From: a plasmid
Length of the DNA: 64,000 nucleotides
Sequence record: NZ_CP044080.1
Reading direction: 5' to 3' (one strand)
Below the pieces are notes generated by a model. That model was not told the origin of the DNA, did not search any database, and saw only the letters and a program-made list of their open reading frames with translations. The translations under genes were made by a program, and so were the position numbers. This document shows, piece by piece, positions 40,908-51,356 of the stretch (positions within the stretch are counted from its first letter, which is position 1; every line of letters starts with the position of its first letter).

Positions 40908-42030
40908 GGCTTTCCCCTTGCAACTGGACCGGACGACCGCCCGAGGCGGCCATGGCATGGATGACGCGTTCGATGGCCAGACCCGCCGCAAAATCGGGCC
41001 CGCAGGCCGGCCCCCCGGCGATGGCCGACACCAGGTCGCGGGCCTCGATCACCTTCTGTTCGTTGAAGCCGAAGTTGTGGCCCGCGGCCGGGCAGAAGGC
41101 GGCGAAATCGGGCTGCTCGGGCCCGGTCAGATGGCGGGTGAAGCCCGCCTCTCCCGCGCGATACAGCCAAAGCTCGTTCATGCTCTCCTGGTCAAAGACC
41201 AGCGTGCCGTCCGATCCGTGAACTTCCCATTGCAGCCGGCACTTGCGCCCATGCGCCACGCGCGAGGCGGCAAAGGACCCCTGCGCGCCGCTGGCAAAGC
41301 GGACCAGAGCCAGCGCGCTGTCCTCGTTCTCGACCGGCTTCGGGCCCTCGGGCGAAGGCCGGGTCGGGATCGCGATCTGGGTCAGGGCGGTCACCTCGGC
41401 CACCGGTCCCATCAGCGCGACCATCTGGCTGACCAGATGGCAGCCGATGTCGCCAAGCGCGCCAAGCCCGCCTTCGGCATGGGTCAGCCGCCAGGACCAG
41501 GGCAGGGCCGGGTCCGCCGAGTAATCCTCGTCATAGGTGCCGCGAAACGCCTTGGGCGTGCCGATGGCCCCCGACCCGATCAGCCGCACCGCTGCCTGGA
41601 AGGCCGGAGAGCGCAGGTAGTTATAGCCCAGGATCGTGACCTGGCCCGGATGCGCGGCGGCCAGCCGCGCCATGGCCTCGGCATCGGCCAGCGTCAAGGC
41701 CATCGGCTTTTCCAGCCAGACATGCTTGCCCGCGCGCAGCGCCGCTTCGGCCATCGGGCGGTGCATGCCGTTCGGCGTGGTGATGGACACCACGTCCACG
41801 GCCGGGTCCGCCACCGCCGCGCGCCAGTCGTCGGTGGCGCGGGCAAAGCCGAACTGCCCGGCAAAGGCCTGGGCGCGGTCCAGGGGCGTGTCGCACAGCA
41901 CCTCCAGCCGGGGATGCGCGCCGCCGAAGGTCGCGGCCACGGTCCGCCAGGCCAGCGCGTGGCATTTCCCCATGAAGCCGGTGCCGATCAGGGCAACGCC
42001 AAGCGGGGTCTGGGGCATGGGATGGGTCAT
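40891..42030 (-). CDS. Gfo/Idh/MocA-family oxidoreductase (inositol/inosose dehydrogenase-like)
   Basis: The Rossmann start is [14 protein letters not shown]. Length 379 aa. Start MTHPMPQTP. Confidence 0.8.
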   Translation of the reverse strand: MTHPMPQTPLGVALIGTGFMGKCHALAWRTVAATFGGAHPRLEVLCDTPLDRAQAFAGQFGFARATDDWRAAVADPAVDVVSITTPNGMHRPMAEAALRAGKHVWLEKPMALTLADAEAMARLAAAHPGQVTILGYNYLRSPAFQAAVRLIGSGAIGTPKAFRGTYDEDYSADPALPWSWRLTHAEGGLGALGDIGCHLVSQMVALMGPVAEVTALTQIAIPTRPSPEGPKPVENEDSALALVRFASGAQGSFAASRVAHGRKCRLQWEVHGSDGTLVFDQESMNELWLYRAGEAGFTRHLTGPEQPDFAAFCPAAGHNFGFNEQKVIEARDLVSAIAGGPACGPDFAAGLAIERVIHAMAASGGRPVQLQGESHDEAA

Positions 42031-42073
42031 GTCGGGCTCCGGGACGGGGCGCGGTTCCGGCCGCGCCCGGATG

Positions 42074-42859
42074 TCAAAGGGTGGCGCGGATATGGCCGAT
42101 GCTGTCGGCCAGCGCGGCCTGCGGATCGGGATGATCGTGCACTTCGGGGGCGAAGGGCTCGAAGCTGTAGGGCCCGGCATAGCCCGCGTTCCGCAGCGCG
42201 CGGATCTGGGGCAGGTTCTCCAGCCGGTCGGCGCCGTCGACCAGCACACGATGGGGGTCCAGCATGGCCTCGACCGCCACGTCGGGGTCGGTCACGCCCG
42301 AGATGTGGACCAGGCCCGTCCAGTCCGCAAAGACCTCGGTTTCCCCGGCCAGATGGTGATGGAAGGTGTCATGGACCAGCCTGTAGGTCCCTTCGCCCCC
42401 CGCCGCCCGGATGGCGCGGATCGCCTCGGCCTTGCTGCGCAGGGACGAGACCGGAAAGCCCAGCGGCTCGACCAGCCCGGTCAGTCCGCGCTGCTCCAGG
42501 ATCGGGCGCATGGCCGTCAGCGCCGCGACCAGATCGTCGAAGGCGACGGGGCTGCCGTCGTTCAGCGGGCACATGACCAGCGCCCTGGCCCCGCAGGCGC
42601 TGGCGTAATCGGCCATCGCCTCGGCCCGCGCCGGAAGGTCGCCCGACCAGACGTTGAAGGGATAAAGCGCGTTGATCGAGATGATCGTGACGCCCGCCCG
42701 TTCGGCGGCGGCCTTCACCTCGGCGGGCGACCGGCTGCCCAGGACGTCGGGCAGGTCGTTCCTGATCTCGACCTCGGTCGCGCCAAGCGCGCGGGCCATG
42801 GCAAAGAAATCCTCGAGCGACAGCTTCGGCGCGGCGATATGGTTCATGGCAAAGCGCAT
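42074..42859 (-). CDS. Sugar-phosphate isomerase/epimerase (xylose-isomerase-like TIM barrel; IolI-like)
   Basis: Begins [19 protein letters not shown]. Length 261 aa. Confidence 0.7.
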   Translation of the reverse strand: MRFAMNHIAAPKLSLEDFFAMARALGATEVEIRNDLPDVLGSRSPAEVKAAAERAGVTIISINALYPFNVWSGDLPARAEAMADYASACGARALVMCPLNDGSPVAFDDLVAALTAMRPILEQRGLTGLVEPLGFPVSSLRSKAEAIRAIRAAGGEGTYRLVHDTFHHHLAGETEVFADWTGLVHISGVTDPDVAVEAMLDPHRVLVDGADRLENLPQIRALRNAGYAGPYSFEPFAPEVHDHPDPQAALADSIGHIRATL

Positions 42860-42867
42860 GATGGACC

Positions 42868-43878
42868 TCAGGCGTAAAGGGCGGGACGGTCGGGATAGGT
42901 GATGGCCACCGCCTCGCCTTCGGATTCCTGCGCCTTGACGCAGGCGTCCGAGGCGACGGCCGCCATGTAGCCGTCCCACGAGGTCGGACCGGCGGCGGTG
43001 CCCTGCGCGGCGGCCTTCAGGAAGTCCTGCAGCTCGACGTCATAGGAGGCGACGAAACGATCCTTCCAGTCGGTCAGGATGTCGTTTTGCAGCCTCGCGT
43101 CCAGCCGGGTTTGGATCGCCATCGGCTCGGGCAGGCGGGCCACGCCGTCCTCGCCCACGACCTCGCACTGGATGTCATAGCCGTAATGGCAGTTCACGAA
43201 GATCTCGGTGTCGATGACCACGCCCCTGGCGGTGGTCAGCGTCACGATCTGCGGATCGCGCAGCTTGGCGTGGCTGCGGGCGCAGGTGCGCGGGAAGGTG
43301 ACGCGGGCCGAGACATAGTCGTCGTCCAGAAGCCAGCGGAACACGTCGATCTCGTGGATCAGGGTGTCGTGGATCGCCATCGGCGTGGTATAGGCCTCGG
43401 GCACCGTGGGGTTCCTGTGCGCGGCATGGACCATGATCGGTGCGCCGATGCGGCCGTCCACCACCTGCTTCAGCGCAGCGTAGCCCTGGTCATAGCGGCG
43501 CATGAAGCCGACCTGGACCAGGCGCGTGCCATGGGCGACCTCGGCATCGACGATGCGCTTGGCGCCCTCGGCGGTCGTCGCCAGCGGCTTTTCGCAAAAG
43601 CAGGGCTTGCCGGCAGCGATGGCGGCCAGCACGTATTCCTCGTGCGTGGCGCCCCAGGAGGTGACCAGCACCGCGTCCACGTCGGGGCTGGCGATCAGTT
43701 CCTGCCCGGTGGCGTAAACGATCGCGTCGGGGGCGATCTCAGCCTTGACGGCCTCGGCCGAGGCGCGGTTCAGGTCCGACAGCGCGGTGATGGTGCCGCC
43801 CGACAGCACCTGGTTGATGCGGCGGGCGTGATCGCGGCCGATGGCTCCGGTGCCGATGACACCAATTCTGACGGTCAT
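42868..43878 (-). CDS. iolG: myo-Inositol 2-dehydrogenase (Gfo/Idh/MocA)
   Basis: Begins [17 protein letters not shown], with EKPLATT. Length 336 aa. Confidence 0.75.
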   Translation of the reverse strand: MTVRIGVIGTGAIGRDHARRINQVLSGGTITALSDLNRASAEAVKAEIAPDAIVYATGQELIASPDVDAVLVTSWGATHEEYVLAAIAAGKPCFCEKPLATTAEGAKRIVDAEVAHGTRLVQVGFMRRYDQGYAALKQVVDGRIGAPIMVHAAHRNPTVPEAYTTPMAIHDTLIHEIDVFRWLLDDDYVSARVTFPRTCARSHAKLRDPQIVTLTTARGVVIDTEIFVNCHYGYDIQCEVVGEDGVARLPEPMAIQTRLDARLQNDILTDWKDRFVASYDVELQDFLKAAAQGTAAGPTSWDGYMAAVASDACVKAQESEGEAVAITYPDRPALYA

Positions 43879-43889
43879 GGTCTTGGACC

Positions 43890-44786
43890 TCATTTCCAGT
43901 ATTTTGCGACGTAGTCTTTGGTTTGCTTCAGGACGGACCTTGCGCTGTCCTCGGCGCGGTCTTCCCAGGCGAAGACGCAGTTCGACAGCACGCCGTCGAA
44001 GTTCATGTCGGCGAGGGTCGCGAAGAACGTGTCCCAGTCGATCTCGCCCTGGCCCAGGTCCAGGTGCTGGTGCACGCGCACCTTCGCGCCCGGCGGGTTG
44101 ACGATATAGCGCAGCTGCGACGACTTGGTGTGGTCGTAGGTGTCGGCCAGCCGGACGTGTTCCAGAAGGCCTTCCGTCGCGCGCAGGTTCGCCACCATGT
44201 CGGGGCCGTAGAAGAACGTGTGCGGCGCGATGAAGGACGCCCGCACCATGGGCGAGTTGATCGTCCGGATGATATCCATCGCCGGGGCGATTTCCTCCAG
44301 CCAGTCCTCGGGGTGGGCCTCCAGCGACAGCTTGATGCCCTCGCGCTCCAGGATCGGGACCAGCACATCCATGGCGCGAAAGAAGGCGCCCTCGCAGGTC
44401 TCGGGCCGGTGCAGGCCCGAGCGGTCGTTCAGGCTGCGGTCGGGGCTGCCGCCGCGGCCGAATTCGCTGACGAACAGCGGGCATTCCAGCTCGACCGCGA
44501 ACTCGATGGCGCGCTTCCAGTTGTCGATCGCCACCTCCCATTCATCAGGGTATGGGCTGGCCCAGCGATACATCGGCTGCAGCGAGGCCAGGCCCACGTT
44601 GTTGTCACGCAGCGCGCGTTTGAAGCTCTTGATGCGCTCGGGGTAAAGCTTGGGGCGCGTCCACCAGGACAGGAAGTCGGGGCGCGGCGACATCTCGATA
44701 TGGTCATAGCCAAGCTCGGCCACCTTGCGGACGGTATCCTCCAGCGACAGGTGGCGGATCATGTGCGGGTCAAGCGTGTGTTTCAT
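43890..44786 (-). CDS. Sugar-phosphate isomerase/epimerase (TIM barrel), second copy
   Basis: Begins [31 protein letters not shown]. Length 298 aa. Confidence 0.7.
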   Translation of the reverse strand: MKHTLDPHMIRHLSLEDTVRKVAELGYDHIEMSPRPDFLSWWTRPKLYPERIKSFKRALRDNNVGLASLQPMYRWASPYPDEWEVAIDNWKRAIEFAVELECPLFVSEFGRGGSPDRSLNDRSGLHRPETCEGAFFRAMDVLVPILEREGIKLSLEAHPEDWLEEIAPAMDIIRTINSPMVRASFIAPHTFFYGPDMVANLRATEGLLEHVRLADTYDHTKSSQLRYIVNPPGAKVRVHQHLDLGQGEIDWDTFFATLADMNFDGVLSNCVFAWEDRAEDSARSVLKQTKDYVAKYWK

Positions 44787-44870
44787 GGGGATTGCTCTGG
44801 TTTTCTGGACAAGCGGGGACAACCCGGTGGCCCGGCTGCTGCGGTGACGGGACGCGCGCGGGGGTGCGCG

Positions 44871-45887
44871 TCAGCTTTTCCTGCGTTTTTTCTGCCTGTA
44901 GGTGTCGGCGACGACGGCGGCGACGATGATGACGCCCTTGATCATCTCCTGGTAATAGGCGTCGAGCCTGAGGAAGGTGAACCCCGAGATGATGACCCCG
45001 AAGATCACCATGCCGATGGCCGTCCCCAGGATCGAGCCGCGCCCGCCGTTCAGCGACACGCCCCCGATCACCGCCATGGCGATGGCGTCCAGTTCATAGG
45101 CAAGGCCCATGCCGGCCTGCGCGGTCTGGCCGCGGGCGGCGACCACCATGCCCGCCAGCGCCGCCAGCATCGCCGCGATGACATAGACCTTGACCAGGTG
45201 GCGTTCGACATTGATGCCCGAGACGCGCGCGGCCTGCGCATTGGCGCCGATGGCATAGGTGAACTTGCCGTAGCGGGTGTATTTCATGGCGACGTGGAAG
45301 ATCAGCGCCACGGCGATGAAGATCACCACCGGCATCATGCCCTTGCCGATGGCGGCAAAGCCCTCGGTCGGAAAGCTGATCGGCTGGCCCTTGGTGTACC
45401 ACTTGGCAAAGCCGCGCACCGTGACCATGGTGCCCAGCGTCGCAATGAAGGGCGGGATCCTGGTATAGGCGATCAGCCAGCCGTTGATGAGGCCGACGAC
45501 CGCCCCGCAGCCCAGCCCGATCAGGATCGGCACGATGGCCGGCAGGTCGGTCAGCCCGGGATAGATCGCGCGGGCATAGCTCGATGCCTGGGCGAACGAC
45601 ATCGCGACCATCGCCACCGCCCCCACCACGGAGCCCGACGACAGGTCGATCCCGCCCGAGATGATGACCTGCGTCACGCCGACCGCGATGATGCCGATGA
45701 CCGAGACCTGCAGGATCATGATCTTGACCCGGTTCAGCGAGAACAGGAACGACTGCCCCTGAAAGACCCAGCCCAGGATCTCGAAGACCAGCGCGATGCC
45801 CACCAGGACGATCAGGATGTTGACCTCGGCGGGCAGGCGGCGGTGGGACCGCGCGCGGGCGGGCACGGTAACGTCTTGGGTGCTCAT
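44871..45887 (-). CDS. Sugar (inositol/ribose-type) ABC transporter permease
   Basis: 338 aa with about 9-10 transmembrane helices, in the RbsC/AraH family pattern. Confidence 0.8.
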   Translation of the reverse strand: MSTQDVTVPARARSHRRLPAEVNILIVLVGIALVFEILGWVFQGQSFLFSLNRVKIMILQVSVIGIIAVGVTQVIISGGIDLSSGSVVGAVAMVAMSFAQASSYARAIYPGLTDLPAIVPILIGLGCGAVVGLINGWLIAYTRIPPFIATLGTMVTVRGFAKWYTKGQPISFPTEGFAAIGKGMMPVVIFIAVALIFHVAMKYTRYGKFTYAIGANAQAARVSGINVERHLVKVYVIAAMLAALAGMVVAARGQTAQAGMGLAYELDAIAMAVIGGVSLNGGRGSILGTAIGMVIFGVIISGFTFLRLDAYYQEMIKGVIIVAAVVADTYRQKKRRKS

Positions 45888-45905
45888 GAATTTCCCCCCT
45901 TGGGT

Positions 45906-47444
45906 TTACTTGGCCGCCAGTTCCATGACGCGCACCTGGTCGGCCTCGGCCCGGTCCAGGAAGCCCGAGACATGGCCTTCGTGCATCACCATGATGCGGT
46001 CGGACATGCCCAGCACCTCGGGCAGTTCCGAGGAGATCATCAGGACGGCGACCCCCTGGCCCGCAAGCTGCGTGATCAGGCGGTGGATTTCGGATTTCGC
46101 GCCCACGTCGATGCCGCGGGTGGGTTCATCAAGGATCAGGATGCGTGGCCGGGTCAGCAGCCAGCGCGCGATCAAGAGCTTCTGCTGGTTGCCGCCGCTG
46201 AGGTTCTCGACCGTCTCGTGCAGGTTCGGCGTCTTGACGCGCAGCTTCTGGGCCATGTCCTCGGCCAGCGCGGTCACCGTCTTCTGGTCGATGAAGCCCG
46301 CCTTGACATGGTCGCGGGTGATCAGCGCCGACTGGATGTTTTCCAGGCAGTCGAGGATCAGGAAACAGCCGGTCTCCTTGCGGTCCTCGGTCAGGAAGGC
46401 CAGGCCGTGGTCCATCGCGACCTTGGGGCTGGTGATCTGGACGGGCTTGCCGTCGATCAGGATCTCGCCCGAGGCGGCGGGACGGACGCCGAAGATCGCC
46501 TCGGCCACGTTCGAGCGCTTGGACCCGACCAGCCCCGCCAGCCCCAGGATCTCGCCCTTGCGCAGGGTGAAGCTGATGTCATGAAAGACGCCGGGCAGGG
46601 TCAGGCCCCTCGCCTCCAGCACCGTCTCGCCAATCTCGCAGTCGACTTTCGGGAACATGTCGGTGATCTCGCGCCCGACCATCATGCGGATGATGTCGTC
46701 GCGGGTCACGTCGCTGGCATTGTGGGTGCCGACATACTTGCCGTCGCGGAACACGGTGAATTCGTCCGCGATCTCGAACAGCTCGTTCATCTTGTGGGTG
46801 ATGTAGACGATGCCCACACCGCGCGCGCGCAGGTCGCGGATGATGGTGAACAGGTGCTCGACCTCGGATTCGGTGATCGCGCTGGTCGGCTCGTCCATGA
46901 TCAGCACGTCGGAATTGTGGCTGACGGCCTTGGCGATCTCGACCATCTGCTTTTGCGCCACGGTCAGGTCGCCCACCATCGCCGCCGGGTCCAGCCGGAT
47001 GTTCAGCCGGTCGAACAGCTCCTGGGTCTGGCGGTTCATCCGGCCGTGGTCGACCAGGCCGAAGGCGCCTCTGGGCTCGCGCCGGATCCAGATGTTTTCG
47101 GCCACCGTCATGGAGTTCATCAACAGCAGTTCCTGGTGGATCATCGAGATGCCCTGTTCCAGCGCATCCAGCGGCGATTTCAGCGTCACCGGCTGGCCGT
47201 GCAGGCGGATTTCGCCGGCGTCGGGCTGGTAGATGCCGGCGATGATCTTCATCAGCGTCGACTTGCCGGCGCCGTTCTCGCCCATCAGGGCATGCACGGT
47301 GCCGGGCCGGACGCGCAGCTGCACGTCGTCCAGCGCCAGAACGCCCGGAAACTCCTTGCGGATGCCGCGGATCGACAGGACGCCCTCATGCGCGATGCCC
47401 TGCTTGACGCGACTTATCGCCGCCTGTGTCGTGGCGCTGACCAT
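45906..47444 (-). CDS. Sugar ABC transporter ATP-binding protein (tandem ABC domains)
   Basis: Contains GENGAGKST and a second Walker A, plus LSGGNQQK. Length 512 aa. Confidence 0.85.
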   Translation of the reverse strand: MVSATTQAAISRVKQGIAHEGVLSIRGIRKEFPGVLALDDVQLRVRPGTVHALMGENGAGKSTLMKIIAGIYQPDAGEIRLHGQPVTLKSPLDALEQGISMIHQELLLMNSMTVAENIWIRREPRGAFGLVDHGRMNRQTQELFDRLNIRLDPAAMVGDLTVAQKQMVEIAKAVSHNSDVLIMDEPTSAITESEVEHLFTIIRDLRARGVGIVYITHKMNELFEIADEFTVFRDGKYVGTHNASDVTRDDIIRMMVGREITDMFPKVDCEIGETVLEARGLTLPGVFHDISFTLRKGEILGLAGLVGSKRSNVAEAIFGVRPAASGEILIDGKPVQITSPKVAMDHGLAFLTEDRKETGCFLILDCLENIQSALITRDHVKAGFIDQKTVTALAEDMAQKLRVKTPNLHETVENLSGGNQQKLLIARWLLTRPRILILDEPTRGIDVGAKSEIHRLITQLAGQGVAVLMISSELPEVLGMSDRIMVMHEGHVSGFLDRAEADQVRVMELAAK

Positions 47445-47508
47445 CTCGGCCCCTTTCCTCTTCGGCTTGCTGCGGTCGCAGGGGGCGCGAAGGCCCCCCG
47501 CGCGGGCC

Positions 47509-48453
47509 TCAGTTCTTGGCCTGGTAGTCGGCCAGGTTCGCCGGCGTCACCAGTTCGAAGGGCACGAAGTTGTTCTTCTCGACCGCCTCGCCCCGCGCCA
47601 GCTTCAGCGCGGCGTCGACGGCGCCCTGGCCCTGGCCGGCGGCGTTCTGGAACACGGTCACGTCCAGATCGCCCGCCTCCATCGCGGCCAGCGCGTCCTG
47701 GGTCGCGTCGATGCCGGCGACGATCACGTCCTTCATGTCGCGGCCCGCGCCCTTCAGCGCCTGGATCGCGCCGATGGCCATTTCGTCGTTGTTCGAGATC
47801 ACGGCGTCGAACTCCAGCCCGGCGGTGATCCAGTTGGTCATCAGGTCCGCGCCTTGTGTGCGCGACCAGTTCGCGGTCTGCTCCTCGACGATCTGCATGA
47901 AGCTGCAATCGGGGGTCGCGATCACGTCCTTGATGTCCTGGGTGCGCTGGCGGGCCGCCTGGTTCGACAACTCGCCCATCATCACCACGACCTTGGCCTC
48001 GGTCTTGCCGGCCTCTTTCAGCAGGCGGCAGACCTCCTGCGTCTCCAGCGTCCCCGATTCGCGTTCGTCCGAGGCGACGAAGGCCTGCTTCTCGGGAAGG
48101 CTGTCCAGGTTCACCGGCTGGCGGTTGACATAGACCAGCGGGATGCCGGCATCCGCGGCGGCCTGGGACATGGCGACGGTGGCGTCGGTGTCGACCGGGT
48201 TCACGATGATCGCGTCCACGCCCGAGGCGACGAAGTTCTGGATCTGGTTCAGCTGCTTGCCGACGTCGTTCTGCGCATCCTCGATCTGCAGGGTCACGCC
48301 GTCCTGGGCGGCGGCGTAATCGCTCATGCCATTGCGCAGCACGGTCAGGAAGTTGTCGTCGAACAGCGCCATCGAGACGCCGATGTTTTCGGCATGGGCG
48401 ACCGACCCCATCAGCGCCGTCGTCAGGGCGCCCGCCATCACGAATGTCTTCAT
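47509..48453 (-). CDS. Sugar (myo-inositol-type) ABC transporter periplasmic substrate-binding protein
   Basis: Signal peptide [21 protein letters not shown]. RbsB-like type I periplasmic-binding-protein fold. A GC hairpin at 47482-47500 follows the gene. Confidence 0.8.
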   Translation of the reverse strand: MKTFVMAGALTTALMGSVAHAENIGVSMALFDDNFLTVLRNGMSDYAAAQDGVTLQIEDAQNDVGKQLNQIQNFVASGVDAIIVNPVDTDATVAMSQAAADAGIPLVYVNRQPVNLDSLPEKQAFVASDERESGTLETQEVCRLLKEAGKTEAKVVVMMGELSNQAARQRTQDIKDVIATPDCSFMQIVEEQTANWSRTQGADLMTNWITAGLEFDAVISNNDEMAIGAIQALKGAGRDMKDVIVAGIDATQDALAAMEAGDLDVTVFQNAAGQGQGAVDAALKLARGEAVEKNNFVPFELVTPANLADYQAKN

Positions 48454-48650
48454 GTCTTTCCTCCGCTTGCGGCGTCCGGCACGCCATTTTTTGCGCAGAA
48501 GGCACCGGGCAACCGGAAACGGGTCCCGGTCGCCGATCCGTTCCGGCCGGCTTTGGCTGGGGGGCGCCTCTCCTCTGCGTTCCACCCGCCGCAAGTCTTG
48601 GGTCAGGACGCGATTCCGGTCAATCAAGGAAATCGCAGGTTTCCATCATT

Positions 48651-48670
48651 CATGATAGAAAATCATCAGG
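48651..48670. promoter_or_regulatory. Candidate LacI-family operator CATGATAGAAAATCATCAGG (second copy CCATGATAGAACCCATCACC at 49757-49776)
   Basis: The same ATGATAGAA...ATCA motif occurs upstream of the transporter operon and upstream of the LacI gene itself. It is embedded in a larger imperfect palindrome GGTTTCCATCA...TGATGGGAAACC. Confidence 0.4.
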
Positions 48671-48687
48671 TATCTGATGGGAAACCA

Positions 48688-49716
48688 TCAGATGCTTTCC
48701 GGGGTCAGCAGATAGGGCGCGACAAAGCGCTGACCGGGGTTTTCCGCCATGCCCTGTTCGATGGTGTGCACCACCGTCGCCATCAGGTCGGCGCACAACT
48801 CCTTCAGCGGCGTCTGGAACACGCCGCTGATGCAGCGCTCCAGCAGCGCCTGGCGCGATTCCGGGGTCAGTTCATGGACCAGGCAGGCAATGCGCTCGCC
48901 CGCGCCGGCCTCGCGCAGGGCGGCGATGGCGCCCTCCATGCCGCCGCCGGCGCAATAGACGCCCACCAGGTCCGGATGGCGGGCCATGACCCCCAGCAGC
49001 GCCTCGTGCGTCAACTGCCGGGTTTCCAGATTAACCACCGCGTCCAGCACCTCGAACCGGGGGGCGCATTCGCGGATATAGGCGCGAAACCCCGCCTCGC
49101 GCAGCGCATGGCCGTGATAGCGATGGCCGCCGACGAACAGCGCGATCTTGCCCTGCCGCTCGGCCAGCTTAGAGATCAGCCAGGCGGCGGTACGGCCTAC
49201 CTTCATGTTATTGGTGCCGAAATAACCCTCGCGTTCGCCCTGCGCAAAGTCGGACAGCAGCGAAAAGGTAGGGATGCCCCGCCCCCGCAGGACCGAGACG
49301 GCGTTGGTCACGTCGTGATGGTCCAGCCCCGTCGCCGCCACCGCCTGCACCTTGCCCGAGGCCTGCAGCAGCAGGTCGGCGACCTCGGCCGGTTCCGAGG
49401 ACCGCGCATAGCGGATCGACACGCGGATGCGGCGGTCGCGCACGTCCGCCGCCGCCTGCATCAGCTTGGCGGCAAAGCTTTGGTAAAAGGCGTGGCGTTC
49501 CTTTTGCAGAACGATGGCCAGGTGATATTCCGGCACGTCCGCCAGCAGCCTTTGCCGGATCACGTTGGCCGCGTGATAGCCGATGCGCTCGGCCGCCTCG
49601 GACACCTTGCGGGCGGTTTCCTCGCGCACCTTCAGGCGCCCGTTCAGCACCCGGTCGACGGTCGCGACGCTGACCCCGGCGGCCTCGGCAAGGTCGGTGA
49701 TGGTCGGCCGTTTCAT
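48688..49716 (-). CDS. LacI-family transcriptional regulator (likely inositol-locus repressor)
   Basis: HTH is MKRPTITDLAEAAGVSVATVDRVLNG. It has a periplasmic-binding-protein-like effector domain. Confidence 0.85.
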   Translation of the reverse strand: MKRPTITDLAEAAGVSVATVDRVLNGRLKVREETARKVSEAAERIGYHAANVIRQRLLADVPEYHLAIVLQKERHAFYQSFAAKLMQAAADVRDRRIRVSIRYARSSEPAEVADLLLQASGKVQAVAATGLDHHDVTNAVSVLRGRGIPTFSLLSDFAQGEREGYFGTNNMKVGRTAAWLISKLAERQGKIALFVGGHRYHGHALREAGFRAYIRECAPRFEVLDAVVNLETRQLTHEALLGVMARHPDLVGVYCAGGGMEGAIAALREAGAGERIACLVHELTPESRQALLERCISGVFQTPLKELCADLMATVVHTIEQGMAENPGQRFVAPYLLTPESI

Positions 49717-49811
49717 GACATGCTCCTTGCGCAGGAAGGTGAGAGGATCCATCAGCCATGATAGAACCCATCACCTCGGCAAGGAACCCCTCATTCCGCT
49801 GCCACCCCGCG

Positions 49812-50255
49812 TCAGGCGACAACCGACCGGGGCAGCGGAAAGACCCGGTCATAGGCCAGGTTGAAGAAGAAGGTATAGACCAGGTAAAAGGCCACGATCG
49901 CCAGGTCCATCAGCAGCGCCTGAAGCAGGCCGATGCCCAGATACCAGGCGATCATCGGGATCAGCAGGACCAGCAGGCCCCCTTCGAACAGCAGGGTGTG
50001 CAGGATGCGCACGGCCAGCGATTTTCGCGGGCTGCCGGTCAGCCGCACCATGGCGCGGTCGAAGCCGATGTTGAAGACGAAGTTCCACAGCGTCGCCACC
50101 GTGGCCGACACCACGCCCACCACGCCCATGTGCCCGGCCGGCTGGTCGAAGACCACCGCCGCCAGCGGGATGAAGATGGCCAGCCCCAGCCCTTCGAACA
50201 TCAGGGCGTGGCGGATACGGTCGGGAAGGCTGCGGGTCTGCATGATACGTCTCAT
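49812..50255 (-). CDS. PACE-family (AceI-like, bacterial transmembrane pair) efflux protein; start uncertain (50243/50255/50285)
   Basis: Two BTP repeats (HALMFEGLGLAIFIPL... and HTLLFEGGLLVLLIPMIAWYLG). Length about 145 aa. Confidence 0.65.
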   Translation of the reverse strand: MRRIMQTRSLPDRIRHALMFEGLGLAIFIPLAAVVFDQPAGHMGVVGVVSATVATLWNFVFNIGFDRAMVRLTGSPRKSLAVRILHTLLFEGGLLVLLIPMIAWYLGIGLLQALLMDLAIVAFYLVYTFFFNLAYDRVFPLPRSVVA

Positions 50256-50327
50256 TCCTGTTTGCAGCGGGGTTTCTATCTGCAATCATGCGAAATGAAA
50301 GTTAGCTCGTATCTGGAAAGCAGATGG

Positions 50328-51221
50328 ATGCAGGTGTCCATTGAACAGCTCGAAGCCTTTGCCGCCGCCGCCGAGCAGGGCTCGTTCTCGGCGGCGGGGC
50401 GGGCCTTGGGCAAGGCGCAATCCGCCATCAGCACCCAGGTCGCGAACCTGGAAATCGACCTCGGGGTCGAGCTTTTCGACCGCTCGGGCCGCAGCCCCGT
50501 GCTGACCGAGGCCGGCGCCCGCCTGCTGCCCGAGGCGCGGGTGATCCTGGACCGCCGCATCCACCTGATCGGCGTCGCCGCCAGCCTCGAGGCGCATGTC
50601 GAGAATCGGCTGGTCGTCGCCATCGACGAACTGTTCCCGGAACCGGCCGTGGGCGCGCTTTTTGCCGATTTCGCCGCCCGCTTTCCCCATGTCGAGCTGG
50701 AGCTGCTGTTTCCCATGATGCAGGACGTCAGCCGCCTGGTCCTGGACGGCAAGGCGGACCTCGGCGTCATGTGGCGGCAAGAGGTGCTGCCGGCCGAGCT
50801 GGATTTCCTGACGCTGGGCTGGGTGCCGCTGCAGCTGGTCTGCGGCCGCGACCACCCGCTGGCGACCGGGCCCGTCGGCTGGGAGGACCTGAAGCGCCAC
50901 CGCCAGATCATGGTCGCCGGCCGCACCGAAGGGCCGGAAAAGCAGCGCCTGCGCGTCGCGGCCGAGGTCTGGTGGGTCGAAAGCCATTGGGTGATCCTGC
51001 AGATCCTGCGCCGGGGCCTGGGCTGGGCGCTGATCCCGCGCCACATCATCGAGGATTCGCCGCTGGCGCCCGAACTCGCCACCCCGACGCTGGCCTTCGA
51101 CCGGGGCGACCTGCCGGTGGCGCTGGAAATGGTCTGGCACAAGCAGCGCCCCTGCGGCCCGGCCGCCGCCTGGCTGCGCCGCAGGCTGGCGGCCGCCAAG
51201 ATCGCCGAGATGACGCGCTAG
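50328..51221 (+). CDS. LysR-family transcriptional regulator, divergent from the PACE gene (AceR-like arrangement)
   Basis: HTH is IEQLEAFAAAAEQGSFSAAGRALGKAQSAISTQVANLE. An alternative start lies at 50295. Confidence 0.8.
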   Translation: MQVSIEQLEAFAAAAEQGSFSAAGRALGKAQSAISTQVANLEIDLGVELFDRSGRSPVLTEAGARLLPEARVILDRRIHLIGVAASLEAHVENRLVVAIDELFPEPAVGALFADFAARFPHVELELLFPMMQDVSRLVLDGKADLGVMWRQEVLPAELDFLTLGWVPLQLVCGRDHPLATGPVGWEDLKRHRQIMVAGRTEGPEKQRLRVAAEVWWVESHWVILQILRRGLGWALIPRHIIEDSPLAPELATPTLAFDRGDLPVALEMVWHKQRPCGPAAAWLRRRLAAAKIAEMTR

Positions 51222-51356
51222 GGCCCGAATTCCGCCCCCGAGCGGGGATTTCGGCCGTGGCCCGGCGGGATCCTTGGCCTCGGGCCGATCTTGCGTTAAC
51301 GTTTCCCGGCCAGCATCGCATGCCAGCCCCGACCTTCGACCCGGAATCCGCGCGCG

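Noticed and set aside
43923-47828. 1301-aa plus-strand ORF
   Set aside because: It is antisense to the isomerase and ABC transporter genes of the iol locus. Low-complexity translation.
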